Assembly (NCBI GenBank): GCA_965243205.1 | Contig: CBDEUK010000002.1 | Span: 320,001 to 384,000, forward strand | DNA length: 64,000 bases | Source of the DNA: Gammaproteobacteria bacterium | Lineage (GTDB): Bacteria; Pseudomonadota; Gammaproteobacteria; Eutrophobiales; Eutrophobiaceae | Reading direction: 5' to 3' | Part shown: in pieces, positions 11,570-21,602 of the stretch | Layout of the letters: each line of letters begins with the position of its first letter | Position numbering within the stretch: position 1 is the stretch's first letter | Translations under genes and position numbers: made by a program | The notes under the pieces: generated by a model | What the model was told of the DNA's origin: nothing | What the model saw: the letters and a program-made list of their open reading frames with translations, nothing else | Databases searched by the model: none

Positions 11570-12574
11570 ATGAAAAAGATTTTTGGCTATGTTTTTTTAA
11601 TTTTTATTATTGCTGCAATCATTGGTGCGTATTATCTATGGCAAGATAAACAACAATATCTTGCATCTCCTATAAACTTATCCGAAAAAATCAATTTTGA
11701 AATTGAATCTGGTAGTAATTTAAAAGATGTATTAAATGAATTAGCCGAAAAAAATATTATATCAAAACCTGAGTACATTCTATTTGAAGCTAAAAGAAGT
11801 AATCAAGCAAACTTAATTAAAGCGGGTGAATATCAATTATTACCTGGCACCACGCCAACACAACTAATTCAACAATTTATCGATGGTAAAGTTGTTCAAT
11901 ATAGAATTACTTTGATTGATGGCTGGAATTATCGCCAAGTATTTGAAGCGGTAAAAAATCATAAACGATTGAAACAAACAATCGATGAATTATCAGTTAA
12001 AGAAATAATGGAAAAACTTGAGCTAGAAGGTGTGCATCCTGAAGGTCAATTCTATCCAGATACATATAGTTTTCCGAACGGCACAAGTGATATCGATTTT
12101 TTAAAACGAGCTAACAAACGTTTGCATAAAGTGCTCGAAGAAGAGTGGCAACAAAAAGCAGAAAATTTGCCTTATCAATCAGCTTACGAAGCGTTGATAA
12201 TGGCTTCTATCATTGAAAAAGAAACGGCTGCTTCTGAAGAACGTCCTGAGATAGCAGGAGTGTTTGTGCGGCGTTTATTAAAAGATATGAAATTACAAAC
12301 TGATCCTACTGTTATTTATGCGATAGGAGAAAGTTTCGATGGCGATATACGTAAAAAAGATCTTTCTATTGATTCACCTTACAATACTTATGTGTATAAA
12401 GGTTTGCCGCCAACACCGATCTCAATTGCAGGCCGTGCTGCAATTAATGCAGCATTACATCCAAATGATGGAAAAACATTGTTTTTTGTTTCTATGGGAA
12501 ATGGCAAACATTATTTTTCTGAAACCTTGAAAGAGCATAACCAAGCAGTACGAAAATATATCTTAAAGAAATAA
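11570..12574 (+). CDS. mltG: Endolytic transglycosylase MltG
   Basis: ASIIEKET, LQTDPTVIY, SPYNTY...GLPPTPI. Confidence 0.95.
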   Translation: MKKIFGYVFLIFIIAAIIGAYYLWQDKQQYLASPINLSEKINFEIESGSNLKDVLNELAEKNIISKPEYILFEAKRSNQANLIKAGEYQLLPGTTPTQLIQQFIDGKVVQYRITLIDGWNYRQVFEAVKNHKRLKQTIDELSVKEIMEKLELEGVHPEGQFYPDTYSFPNGTSDIDFLKRANKRLHKVLEEEWQQKAENLPYQSAYEALIMASIIEKETAASEERPEIAGVFVRRLLKDMKLQTDPTVIYAIGESFDGDIRKKDLSIDSPYNTYVYKGLPPTPISIAGRAAINAALHPNDGKTLFFVSMGNGKHYFSETLKEHNQAVRKYILKK

Positions 12575-12589
12575 TCTAACTTTAATAAT

Positions 12590-13219
12590 ATGAATAATAA
12601 TTCTTGGTTTATTACATTAGAAGGAATTGAAGGTGCAGGTAAATCAACGCACATAGATTTTATAAAAGATTTCTTTATCAGAAACTCGTTTGAAGTTATT
12701 CATACGCGTGAGCCTGGCGGTACTAAATTAGGTGAGGCTATACGTGATACTTTATTATCGACTGAATTCCAAAATGATATTTCAGATGATGCTGAATTAT
12801 TATTAATGTTTGCAGCAAGAGCTCAGCATATTAATGAAATTATTAAACCAGCATTAGAACAAGGTAAGGTTGTGTTATGTGATCGATTTACTGATTCTAG
12901 CTTTGCTTATCAAGGTGGTGGCCGCGGAATATTAGATGAAAAGATTCAACGCCTAAAAGATTGGGTTCATTCAGACATTAACCCTGACATTACTTTGTTA
13001 TTCGATTTGCCGGTTGAGGTAGGCCTTGAACGGGCAGGAAAACGAGGAGCGGCTGATCGTTTTGAAAGTGAAGAGATTCAATTCTTCGATAAAGTTCGTA
13101 ATAAATATTTAGAATTAGCACAGCAAGAGCCAGAACGGTTTCATATTATTGATTCAAACAGAACGATTAATGATATTCAATCTAGTTTACATCGTTTATT
13201 ACAAAACAGGTGTTTGTAA
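12590..13219 (+). CDS. tmk: Thymidylate kinase
   Basis: EGIEGAGKST, TREPGG, DRFTDSSFAYQG. Confidence 0.96.
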   Translation: MNNNSWFITLEGIEGAGKSTHIDFIKDFFIRNSFEVIHTREPGGTKLGEAIRDTLLSTEFQNDISDDAELLLMFAARAQHINEIIKPALEQGKVVLCDRFTDSSFAYQGGGRGILDEKIQRLKDWVHSDINPDITLLFDLPVEVGLERAGKRGAADRFESEEIQFFDKVRNKYLELAQQEPERFHIIDSNRTINDIQSSLHRLLQNRCL

Positions 13220-14206
13220 ATGAACGTATATCCTTGGCAAACTGAACAATGGTTACGAGCGAAAGCACTCTATGATGCTGATCGCTTACCGCATGCTATG
13301 TTGCTAACAGGTAAACAAGGCTTAGGTATTGAACAATTTGCTATTCAATTTGCGACTGCAATACTTACAGATAATTTTACTGATAACGGTGTAAATGAAA
13401 GCGATTCTAAAGATTGGCACTTATTACAATCCGGCAATCATCCTGATTATTCTTTGCTGCAGCCAGAAGAAGAGGGCAAGCAAATCAAAGTTGACCAAGT
13501 TAGAGAGCTGATAGAGTTTTTACAGTACACCAGTCAGTATGGTCGAAAAAAAATAGCGATTATTGAACCAGCTGAAGCAATGAACCGTAGCTCAGCCAAT
13601 GGTTTACTCAAAACATTAGAAGAACCACCTGCAGATTCTTTACTATTACTAGTTGCTTATAAACCTGAATTATTACCCATTACTATCCGAAGTCGTTGTC
13701 AGGAAATAACATTTAGCTATGACAATTCAAAAGACTCACAGGAATGGCTACAGCAGAATATTTCAGATAAATCTGAGCTTGAATTAGCCATGATGATTAC
13801 CTCAGCACCGCTAGCAGCTAAATCATTGATCGAGTCAGAGCAGTTAGAAGAGAGGGATACTATTCTCAAAGAATTGAATTTATTACAAAAACAACAAATC
13901 GAGCCGATAAGTATAGCCGAGCGCTGGAACAGTATCGGTGCTTCAGAAATTGTAAATACATTACAAAGCTTTTTCCTGGATATGGCTAAACTTAAACTAC
14001 TTTCTGATAAAGCAAGAGTAAGTAATAGAGATATGGTAAAAAATTTGCTACATTTAGTGGCTAAGTTAGATATGTTTTCGTTATTAACATGCTGTCGATT
14101 GTTAAATGAATTGAAACAACAACTGCAGAGTACGACTAGTTTTAACACTCAAGGCTTACTAGAAGAATTCATTTTACATTGGCAATCGTTAACATTGAGC
14201 AAATGA
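13220..14206 (+). CDS. holB: DNA polymerase III delta' subunit
   Basis: YPWQ, HPD, LLKTLEEPP, TIRSRC; after tmk. Lacks the usual Cys Zn cluster. Confidence 0.92.
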   Translation: MNVYPWQTEQWLRAKALYDADRLPHAMLLTGKQGLGIEQFAIQFATAILTDNFTDNGVNESDSKDWHLLQSGNHPDYSLLQPEEEGKQIKVDQVRELIEFLQYTSQYGRKKIAIIEPAEAMNRSSANGLLKTLEEPPADSLLLLVAYKPELLPITIRSRCQEITFSYDNSKDSQEWLQQNISDKSELELAMMITSAPLAAKSLIESEQLEERDTILKELNLLQKQQIEPISIAERWNSIGASEIVNTLQSFFLDMAKLKLLSDKARVSNRDMVKNLLHLVAKLDMFSLLTCCRLLNELKQQLQSTTSFNTQGLLEEFILHWQSLTLSK

Positions 14207-14232
14207 ACGTATAGATGCGGAGGTAGCAAATA

Positions 14233-14592
14233 GTGAGTGCACCAGGTGGTCGTGATCCAAGACAAGGTATTTTGTCCTTAAGTATTCGTGATAAGAGTGC
14301 TCTATATGCCTCATATATGCCGTTTATCAAGAATGGTGCTTTATTCATCCCTACAGCAAAGGCATATAAATTAGGTGATGAAGTCTTTATGCTATTAACA
14401 TTGATGGATAGCAAAGAAAAATTACCAGTCGCAGGTAAAGTTGTATGGATTACACCGAAAGGGGCTCAAGGTAATAAGACTGCTGGTATTGGTGTACAGT
14501 TCAGTGAACTGGATAAAGGCGCAACTCGTAAACGCATAGAAACAGAACTTGCAGGTGCATTACAGTCTGACCGCTCTACACATACTCTTTAA
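14233..14592 (+). CDS. pilZ: Type IV pilus assembly protein PilZ
   Basis: LYASYMPFIKNGALFIPT, WITP, GIGVQF; between holB and tatD. Confidence 0.93.
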   Translation: MSAPGGRDPRQGILSLSIRDKSALYASYMPFIKNGALFIPTAKAYKLGDEVFMLLTLMDSKEKLPVAGKVVWITPKGAQGNKTAGIGVQFSELDKGATRKRIETELAGALQSDRSTHTL

Positions 14593-14643
14593 TTAAATTT
14601 ACTACGTCACCGTTGTTTAATATTCGGTGACCATAATGTTGTT

Positions 14644-15408
14644 ATGGTTCAATTAGTCGATTCTCACTGTCATATCCCTATGCTTGAAGATATTGCCTTT
14701 GCGGAGGTAATGGAAAATGCAGAGCAAGCAGATGTTGCTAAAATGCTTTGTGTTTCAGTAGATTTACCAACGTTTCCAGATGTTTTAGCGACGGCAGAAC
14801 GTGATGACCGTATTTATGCTTCAGTAGGAATTCATCCAAATACAGAAATGTCGCCTGAAGTCACTCTAGAAAACCTCGAAGATTTAGCCAATCATCCTAA
14901 AGTCGTTGCTATTGGTGAGACAGGCCTGGATTATTTTCGTAGTGAAGGCGATTTAGAATGGCAAAGAGAGCGATTTAGAACTCATATTGCAGCAGCAAAA
15001 TCTACTCAAAAGCCACTGATTATCCATACACGAGATGCTAAGGAAGATACGATAAAAGTTCTGCAAGAAGAGGGCGCTGATAGCATAGGTGGAGTGATGC
15101 ATTGTTTTGTTGAAGATTGGGCAACAGCACAAAAAGCCATGGAGATGAATTTCTATATTTCTTTTTCAGGTATTGTCACATTTAAAAATGCTACAGATTT
15201 ACAAGATGTGGCGAAAAAAGTGCCATTGGAAAAAATGTTAGTCGAAACGGATTCTCCTTATTTAGCACCTGTACCTAAGCGTGGTAAACAAAATCAGCCT
15301 GCATTTGTACGGTATGTAGCTGAGTTCTTAGCTGAATTAAAAGGAGTGAGCCTAGAACAATTAGCTGAGCAAACGACATTCAATTTCCAACAACTCTTTA
15401 AGGTATAA
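14644..15408 (+). CDS. TatD-family DNase (YcfH-like)
   Basis: DSHCH, GETGLDY, HTR, HCF, ETDSPYL. Confidence 0.93.
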   Translation: MVQLVDSHCHIPMLEDIAFAEVMENAEQADVAKMLCVSVDLPTFPDVLATAERDDRIYASVGIHPNTEMSPEVTLENLEDLANHPKVVAIGETGLDYFRSEGDLEWQRERFRTHIAAAKSTQKPLIIHTRDAKEDTIKVLQEEGADSIGGVMHCFVEDWATAQKAMEMNFYISFSGIVTFKNATDLQDVAKKVPLEKMLVETDSPYLAPVPKRGKQNQPAFVRYVAEFLAELKGVSLEQLAEQTTFNFQQLFKV

Positions 15409-15420
15409 AATACTTAAAAA

Positions 15421-16551
15421 TCATATATTTAAATTAATTATTTCAAGTGATTTCTTGATTATATTCATAGGCGTATAAAAATGTGGGGATAAACGGACTC
15501 CACCTCCTCGATAAGCACAGATAACATTTTGAGCCATAAGTCTTTTGTATAAGGATTCCATGTCTACACCTTCAATCTTAAATGTCACAATCCCAGAACG
15601 ATGTTGATGATTTTCAGGAGTGATGATTTTAAAACCTGAAGATTTTAATGAATCGATGAGATAATCAGTTTTTTCTAATATTGCAGAGCGGATATTCGAT
15701 ATTCCTACCTCCTCGATTAATGAAAGGCTGGCAGAAAGTGCATGTATACCGAGCATATTTGGGCTGCCGCATTCGAAACGTTTTGCATTATTTGCAGGTA
15801 ACCAGTTTTTTTCATCATAGTTACCTGCATTTTCAATCATATGCCAACCAAATTGACGTAATTCCAAGGGGTTTTGTTGATTCATCCTGCAATAAAATAA
15901 TGCGATTCCCTCTGGTCCCATTAGCCATTTATGAGCATCAGCCATCATGAAATCAATATGATTTTTTTCAACATCAATTTCATGTGCGCCGAGGCTTTGT
16001 ATAGCATCCACACAAAATAAGATGTTATTTGAATGACAAAAATCACCTAATTGTTGTAAATTAATTTTTAATCCAATTCCATACTGAACTGAGCTTATTG
16101 ATATTAAACGTGTTTTTTCATCACAAGCGTTTATTAGAGCTTGTTCAGCTGATTCACAATTTATGATATCGATTTCTCTAAATTCAACACCATGTTTATT
16201 TTGCGCTAACCACGGGATGCGATTCGAAGGAAATTCCTGATTCGAGCTAACAACATTATCGCCTTGTTTCCACGATATGCCCTCAGCTACAACCGATAAG
16301 GCTTCGGAGGTATTTTTTAATAAAGCAATTTCATCCTCAGATTGAGCATGAATCAAGTTTTTTAATTGAGACCTTAGTTGAGATTCTTTCTCTATCCACG
16401 TTAGGTAATTCTGCGCGCCAGAAATTGTATTTTCATTAGCAAAATCTTTTACTGCATTAGAGGTTCTCGTTGGCCAAGGAGAGACAGCAGCATGATTTAA
16501 GTAAAATAAATTTTGTTTTAAAGGAAATTCTTCGTTGAGTTTTATGTCCAT
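15421..16551 (-). CDS. Class V PLP-dependent aminotransferase / cysteine desulfurase-like
   Basis: YLNHAA, DAIQS, HKWLMGPEG, RLSPHFY. Confidence 0.85.
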   Translation of the reverse strand: MDIKLNEEFPLKQNLFYLNHAAVSPWPTRTSNAVKDFANENTISGAQNYLTWIEKESQLRSQLKNLIHAQSEDEIALLKNTSEALSVVAEGISWKQGDNVVSSNQEFPSNRIPWLAQNKHGVEFREIDIINCESAEQALINACDEKTRLISISSVQYGIGLKINLQQLGDFCHSNNILFCVDAIQSLGAHEIDVEKNHIDFMMADAHKWLMGPEGIALFYCRMNQQNPLELRQFGWHMIENAGNYDEKNWLPANNAKRFECGSPNMLGIHALSASLSLIEEVGISNIRSAILEKTDYLIDSLKSSGFKIITPENHQHRSGIVTFKIEGVDMESLYKRLMAQNVICAYRGGGVRLSPHFYTPMNIIKKSLEIINLNI

Positions 16552-16631
16552 AACAAGAAATCAGCTTGGTTAATGATAATAATTATCAATTAGTGTATCG
16601 TAATAAGATTAAAATATTTAAGAGGTCGTAA

Positions 16632-17219
16632 ATGTCTGTAGTTAATAAATTGAATATAGGTGCCATTGTTATCTCATTATCATTTCCTTTCCAGGTTTTT
16701 TCGAGTGGAACAATGACGGAGGATGAGGTATCAAGTGTTCAAAGAACCCAACTTAAAACCGATTCAGAAAAACATCAGATACAAACAGCAGCAGGATTAC
16801 TAGCGAAATATGAAATAGAAGCGAATAAATTAATTGATAGTTTAGAAGAGGGCGCAAGTAGCCAAGATTTATCTTCTCAAGCATCCAATTTAATTAACTT
16901 ATCGGAGACCGTTATAGAGAGTGCCCGATTTAGATTACCGCAATGCGATGAATACCTTTCTAAAACGATCGCTATTAAAGATGAAATTGAAGTTATCTCA
17001 CACGATAGATTAGAAAAAGGTTATCACTTAGATGGCGAATTACCAAAAGCAGGGGAGGAGTGTTATCACACCAAGGATTTATTCATTCACCCAGCTACAG
17101 TTGTTGTGTTAACCCGTGATGATCCTGAACTGAATAAAAATACTAAAGATAGTATCAAAGCTGAAATAGCTGAAGTATTGGCGCACACTGAACTTGTTAG
17201 GCAGTTAGTGATTTATTAA
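16632..17219 (+). CDS. Secreted hypothetical protein
   Basis: Signal-peptide-like N-terminus, GAGG RBS, CYHTKDLFIHP motif; function not recognised. Confidence 0.65.
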   Translation: MSVVNKLNIGAIVISLSFPFQVFSSGTMTEDEVSSVQRTQLKTDSEKHQIQTAAGLLAKYEIEANKLIDSLEEGASSQDLSSQASNLINLSETVIESARFRLPQCDEYLSKTIAIKDEIEVISHDRLEKGYHLDGELPKAGEECYHTKDLFIHPATVVVLTRDDPELNKNTKDSIKAEIAEVLAHTELVRQLVIY

Positions 17220-19003
17220 ATATTAAATACGTGAGCATTTTGTTTGTCAGTGGGTAGCTCAACCGTATTATTAAAGTCATTGAAGCCAATCTGTGGTTTG
17301 ATCTGTAGAATTTTTTTCAAGTTAACTAAGTTAGCAGGTCTAAAGAAATAGAAGCCTTGATAAGCATCGCAATCGTATCGTACTAATACTTGTAACTCTT
17401 CTGTGGTTTCTAGACCTTCAGCAATGACTTTGAGTTTTAATTTTTTTGCAATCTCACAAACTGATTTAATAATCGTAGCTTTAACATCATCTAGATGAAC
17501 ATCTTGAATGAACGCACGATCAAGTTTCACAATATCAATAGGTAATTTCATTAGATAACTTAAAGAAGAATAACCACTGCCAAAATCATCTAAGGCGATT
17601 TTAACACCTAATTTTTTGATATCATTAATTTTATCAATCGCAGTTTCTATATCGCCTACAAATATATTCTCAGTAATTTCTATCAATAAATGTTTAGGAT
17701 CAATTTTTTTACTGAGAATATTTTCTTTAAGGTGTGTTTCAAAATTGGTGTGCCAAAATTGATTGGGGCTTACATTTACTGATAAATATTGAATTCGATC
17801 ATCACAGATAACATTTTCTTGCTGCCATATAGACAATTGTTCGCAAGCTTTTTCAATTACATATTCGCCTAACTGTTGTAATAAACCTGTGCTTTCAGCG
17901 ATAGGAATGAATTCGGTAGGAGGGATATTACCTTTTGTTAAATGCTCCCATCTTAATAATGATTCAAAAGCAATAATGTTTCTATCTTTATTAACAATAG
18001 GTTGAAAATGCAAATCTAATTCTTTGTTGTTAAGTGCATAAATCAAATCTTTTTCTAAGTTTAACCAATGCTTATTTTTTTTGCGCATTTGTTCATCAAA
18101 ACTTTGAATATTATTTTGACCACTGCTTTTTGAATGTGTAAGTGCAATGTCAGCAAAATTTAATATTTTTTGTGCTTTGAAATCTTGTTCAGGTAATAAG
18201 CAAATACCTGAGCTAGAACTTATTTTAATCACCATCTCATCTATATTGTATGGTGCTCCAATAATATCTCTTATTTTAGTAGCAATTTTTTTTGCGTTTT
18301 TTAATGCGGCTTCTTTATCTTGATTAAGTCCAGAAATAATACAAACAAATTCATCGGCACTTATCCTGGCAAGATAATCTTCTTTGCGAACAACTTTTTT
18401 TAAACGATTAGCTACAAGCTCTAATAATTTGTCACCTGTTTCAAAACTGTATTGATTATTTATAAATTTGAAACGATCAATATTAACGATAATCAAGCAA
18501 CTGTAACTTTTATTACGTTTAGAATTAATAATATGTTTGTTTACTATTTCTTCTAAATTTTTACGATTTGGTATTTGAGTTAATGTATCGATTAGAGCTT
18601 GTTGAGAAAGCTCATTGATCGTATCTTGGTTATCCGTAATTGATTCTATACGACTATGAAAGGCAATAATATTTTCTGAATCATCAAACTCTGGCGTAAT
18701 TGTATCTTTGACTAATAATTCATCACCATTTTTTTGTTTTAGACGATATTCAATTTCAAGAAATTGTATTTGTTTCGAACTTAATTCCAACAATCTATCT
18801 TGAAATTCAATTAAATCATCAATACTGATTAAATCGATATAACTTTTATTTTCAGCAATTAATTCGTCACTAACATATCCTAATAATTCATTAATATTTG
18901 GCGACACAAAACTTATCGGTAATCCTGATTGATTTAATCTGGATACCAATAATATATTTCCGTTTTTAAAAAATCGGTCAGAAATCTCTTCAAGATTAGT
19001 CAA
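17216..19003 (-). CDS. PAS-GGDEF-EAL c-di-GMP signalling protein
   Basis: PAS, degenerate SADEF, ESLLRW, DDFGSGYSS, KLDRAF, AEG, QGF. Confidence 0.9.
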   Translation of the reverse strand: MTNLEEISDRFFKNGNILLVSRLNQSGLPISFVSPNINELLGYVSDELIAENKSYIDLISIDDLIEFQDRLLELSSKQIQFLEIEYRLKQKNGDELLVKDTITPEFDDSENIIAFHSRIESITDNQDTINELSQQALIDTLTQIPNRKNLEEIVNKHIINSKRNKSYSCLIIVNIDRFKFINNQYSFETGDKLLELVANRLKKVVRKEDYLARISADEFVCIISGLNQDKEAALKNAKKIATKIRDIIGAPYNIDEMVIKISSSSGICLLPEQDFKAQKILNFADIALTHSKSSGQNNIQSFDEQMRKKNKHWLNLEKDLIYALNNKELDLHFQPIVNKDRNIIAFESLLRWEHLTKGNIPPTEFIPIAESTGLLQQLGEYVIEKACEQLSIWQQENVICDDRIQYLSVNVSPNQFWHTNFETHLKENILSKKIDPKHLLIEITENIFVGDIETAIDKINDIKKLGVKIALDDFGSGYSSLSYLMKLPIDIVKLDRAFIQDVHLDDVKATIIKSVCEIAKKLKLKVIAEGLETTEELQVLVRYDCDAYQGFYFFRPANLVNLKKILQIKPQIGFNDFNNTVELPTDKQNAHVFNI

Positions 19004-19096
19004 TTTGTAGCTCAGAAGTTATTACTAAAAATATTTTTTCTCTAAAGTTTATCGGCAAAAAATCTCAATAATTAAGCTAATAATGCCATATTATTA

Positions 19097-19124
19097 TTAT
19101 CGCATAATGTATATTATGTTAAAT
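19097..19124 (+). other. dif: dif site (XerC/XerD), now attL of the prophage
   Basis: TTATCGCATAA-TGTATA-TTATGTTAAAT; 24/28 identical to E. coli dif GGTGCGCATAATGTATATTATGTTAAAT. Confidence 0.92.
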
Positions 19125-19235
19125 TAATTATGTCATTGATTTTTATGTACTACTTATGGGTAATTGTAAAAACAACCCCTTTTCCGTCTAATTGTTTAGT
19201 ACGCCTGCGATAATTACAAAAAGAAGGAATTACTA

Positions 19236-19604
19236 ATGACCAGCATTATTGAGGACGCGGCATGGTACGCAGACGACAAATATTTTTATTGGGATAGCAA
19301 TTATAACCTTGAAACCATCCCCGAATTGGTGGCAAAACACCCCAAAACGATAAAACGATGGCATGAAAACAACGCTTGGCCTCTCTGGGCGAAGCGATTG
19401 ATTGCATCATACAGTGGTTATTATTTGCACCCCGGCTGGCATGGATGGCGGCTCAATCCAAGAGATTTCAAACTGTACCCGCCCGGGTTACGACATGGGT
19501 TCACAGCGCCAGAAATTGAAGGACTGGATTTTATCCGGCAAAACTTGGGGAATATTCGGCACTCTGAAATGAAGCCGAAGCAATACGAATTATTGTTTAC
19601 TTAG
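19236..19604 (+). CDS. DUF3653-like phage HTH protein
   Basis: HTH-like KTIKRW then W-x-G-W...L-x-P-P-G pattern as in filamentous-phage DUF3653 proteins; AAGGA RBS; follows the repressor in the circular form. Confidence 0.6.
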   Translation: MTSIIEDAAWYADDKYFYWDSNYNLETIPELVAKHPKTIKRWHENNAWPLWAKRLIASYSGYYLHPGWHGWRLNPRDFKLYPPGLRHGFTAPEIEGLDFIRQNLGNIRHSEMKPKQYELLFT

Positions 19605-20001
19605 GTTTAGTATTTACAACGTCGTTCTTTTTTATATGTAGATAAACTCTGTCACCAAACAAAAAGAAAAACGCGCTAGAGCCTATATTTAAAGTACTTT
19701 GAGCGTGTGGTGAGTTCATAACAACAAGTACAAACGCCATCAGTAAAATTAAAAATGTGGCGATGTAACGAGACGACTCGCGTAAATCAGTGACCCATTG
19801 CGATGCCTTGCCCGACGGTTTGTCGATGTCGGCTAAGGCTTTTAATCGCTCGGTTTCCGCATTCATTAACTGAATCGTTTCTTCAACGTTTTGCGGACGA
19901 CCACCGGCTGAGCCTGTGACCTTAGCAACTACACCTCTTATAGTATCGACAACAGCAGGAACTAAACTTGGTAAAACAGTTGTTGCTAATATTTCAATCA
20001 T
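19597..20001 (-). CDS. Putative holin (3TM-holin-like)
   Basis: Last gene of late operon; W..LR.SSR followed by two hydrophobic segments ending FFLFGDR and a basic tail. Confidence 0.55.
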   Translation of the reverse strand: MIEILATTVLPSLVPAVVDTIRGVVAKVTGSAGGRPQNVEETIQLMNAETERLKALADIDKPSGKASQWVTDLRESSRYIATFLILLMAFVLVVMNSPHAQSTLNIGSSAFFFLFGDRVYLHIKKNDVVNTKPK

Positions 20002-20194
20002 GATTTGAGCCTGTATTTATAGGGTTTTCTTGCGTTAGTTCACTTTCTAAATTAATCACACGTTTGGTTAACTTACTGACTTTATCTGCTACGTCATTGA
20101 TGCGTTGTTCATTGCGATAGATAAGATAAATAATCAACGCCGATGAAAAGTCACCACCAGCCGATAACAGTTTCAATAATTCATCTAAGGGCAT
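19994..20194 (-). CDS. Small TM plus coiled-coil protein (lysis accessory?)
   Basis: 66 aa, overlaps both neighbours, one hydrophobic segment then heptad pattern. Confidence 0.55.
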   Translation of the reverse strand: MPLDELLKLLSAGGDFSSALIIYLIYRNEQRINDVADKVSKLTKRVINLESELTQENPINTGSNHD

Positions 20195-20535
20195 GTTGTA
20201 CAGCGAACCGAACCATCAAGACCGAACAACGGGTCATCAGGACAACGACAGCCTCGGTCAATCACAATTTCAAAGCTACCCGGCGCACCGCCGCCATCTT
20301 TACCGCCAACACTCGCAATGCCAAAATCTTTAAAAAAATCATCGAATACACTGCCACTAGTAAAACCATCACCATCAGCCCCGACGAACGTACTACTTGC
20401 ATCACTCGGTGAAACACTGCCGAAAGATCCCAAATTTAGCCCAGATAAGGACTTCCCGGACTTCCACCACCACAACAGGCCGCCAATCACGATGCCTGAC
20501 AAGATCATTTTTTTCGTATTAGAATCGTTTTTCAT
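20185..20535 (-). CDS. Virion membrane protein with Cys-rich C-terminus
   Basis: N-terminal TM (ILSGIVIGGLLWWW), Gly/Ser-rich middle, CRC...CTTC; ATGA overlap with upstream gene. Confidence 0.6.
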   Translation of the reverse strand: MKNDSNTKKMILSGIVIGGLLWWWKSGKSLSGLNLGSFGSVSPSDASSTFVGADGDGFTSGSVFDDFFKDFGIASVGGKDGGGAPGSFEIVIDRGCRCPDDPLFGLDGSVRCTTCP

Positions 20536-21251
20536 GCCCTACCCGCTACTTGGTCTATAAAACCCCAATCAATGGCCGCATAAAACTGACCGCCGCCCGG
20601 TTGATTACGTCCCATCCAGTTCGCAACACGACCGCCCTTTCGTGGCCGTCCATCAATGTGCATACCGGGGCGCGGTTTCCAGTCGGGATACACACCGATA
20701 CCACCAATCGCCGACACTTCAACGGCTGCGTTGTACGCTTCGCGCAAACTACTCTCAGGAAATATATCAATCGCATCGGACAAACGACCGACCGCATAAT
20801 GACGTGAATTTTTCGAACCGGTTAATCGAAACAATGCACCGGGCGCGGGTGAAATTCGAATCGGTTTACCTAAGCGATGCCGCATATCATCCAACGCATG
20901 AATGATGCGCGGGTCAATGTGTTTTAGATTTTCATTACCGCCAAATTCAGCCGGCGTGAAATATCGAATCTTGTCCCAATCAACGGATTGAGTTTGGTCA
21001 ACGATGGGGAATTCATTTACAGTTTCCAATTCAGCCTCCCGATTGCCTGCGGTATTCGATACAGTGGGAAAAGTAAAAACGGTGTCACTGTCGAACGAAC
21101 CAAGTTTGAAAAAATCCAAAAAATCATCGTCCAGAAATCCACCATCAAGAAGACCATCCGCGAGTGGATTAGATTTGCCTTGAGCCTGTCGAGCATAAAG
21201 AACACCTCCGACAATCGTCGCGGCCGCTAAAAGTTTACCCGCCCGACTCAT
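20532..21251 (-). CDS. Membrane-anchored peptidase M15 (peptidoglycan hydrolase), at the PM2 P5 position
   Basis: N-terminal TM; YFTPAEF, SRH...DAIDI, MHIDGR Zn-peptidase motifs. Confidence 0.8.
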   Translation of the reverse strand: MSRAGKLLAAATIVGGVLYARQAQGKSNPLADGLLDGGFLDDDFLDFFKLGSFDSDTVFTFPTVSNTAGNREAELETVNEFPIVDQTQSVDWDKIRYFTPAEFGGNENLKHIDPRIIHALDDMRHRLGKPIRISPAPGALFRLTGSKNSRHYAVGRLSDAIDIFPESSLREAYNAAVEVSAIGGIGVYPDWKPRPGMHIDGRPRKGGRVANWMGRNQPGGGQFYAAIDWGFIDQVAGRA

Positions 21252-21600
21252 TGTTCAATGATGCTATGTAATCGTTTAACTGCTGATGAAATTGAGCCTC
21301 GGTAATTTCTTTGTTACCGAGTTTTTTATTCAAGTCATCCGATTTAATCCGTATCTTTTCAGCATTCGCCAGTCGCAACGTTTCTTGTTCTTGCTTCTGT
21401 TGAGCTGTCATAAAAATTAAATCATCGTCGGTCACGTTATCGTTTAAGAACGTGCAACAGGTTTTAAAATCGGCTAATACATCGTTCATTGCCTGCTCAA
21501 AATTCTTTCCACCTGTCGCTAGCATTTGCAGATAAACCAAACCTTGAAGCTTGCGCGCACGCGACGATGTATTACTCGGATTAGTTCCAAACTGTTTCAT
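21235..21600 (-). CDS. Hypothetical phage protein
   Basis: Likely start MKQFGTN at 21600 after GAGG; overlaps downstream peptidase start. Confidence 0.55.
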   Translation of the reverse strand: MKQFGTNPSNTSSRARKLQGLVYLQMLATGGKNFEQAMNDVLADFKTCCTFLNDNVTDDDLIFMTAQQKQEQETLRLANAEKIRIKSDDLNKKLGNKEITEAQFHQQLNDYIASLNNESGG

Positions 21601-21602
21601 GA

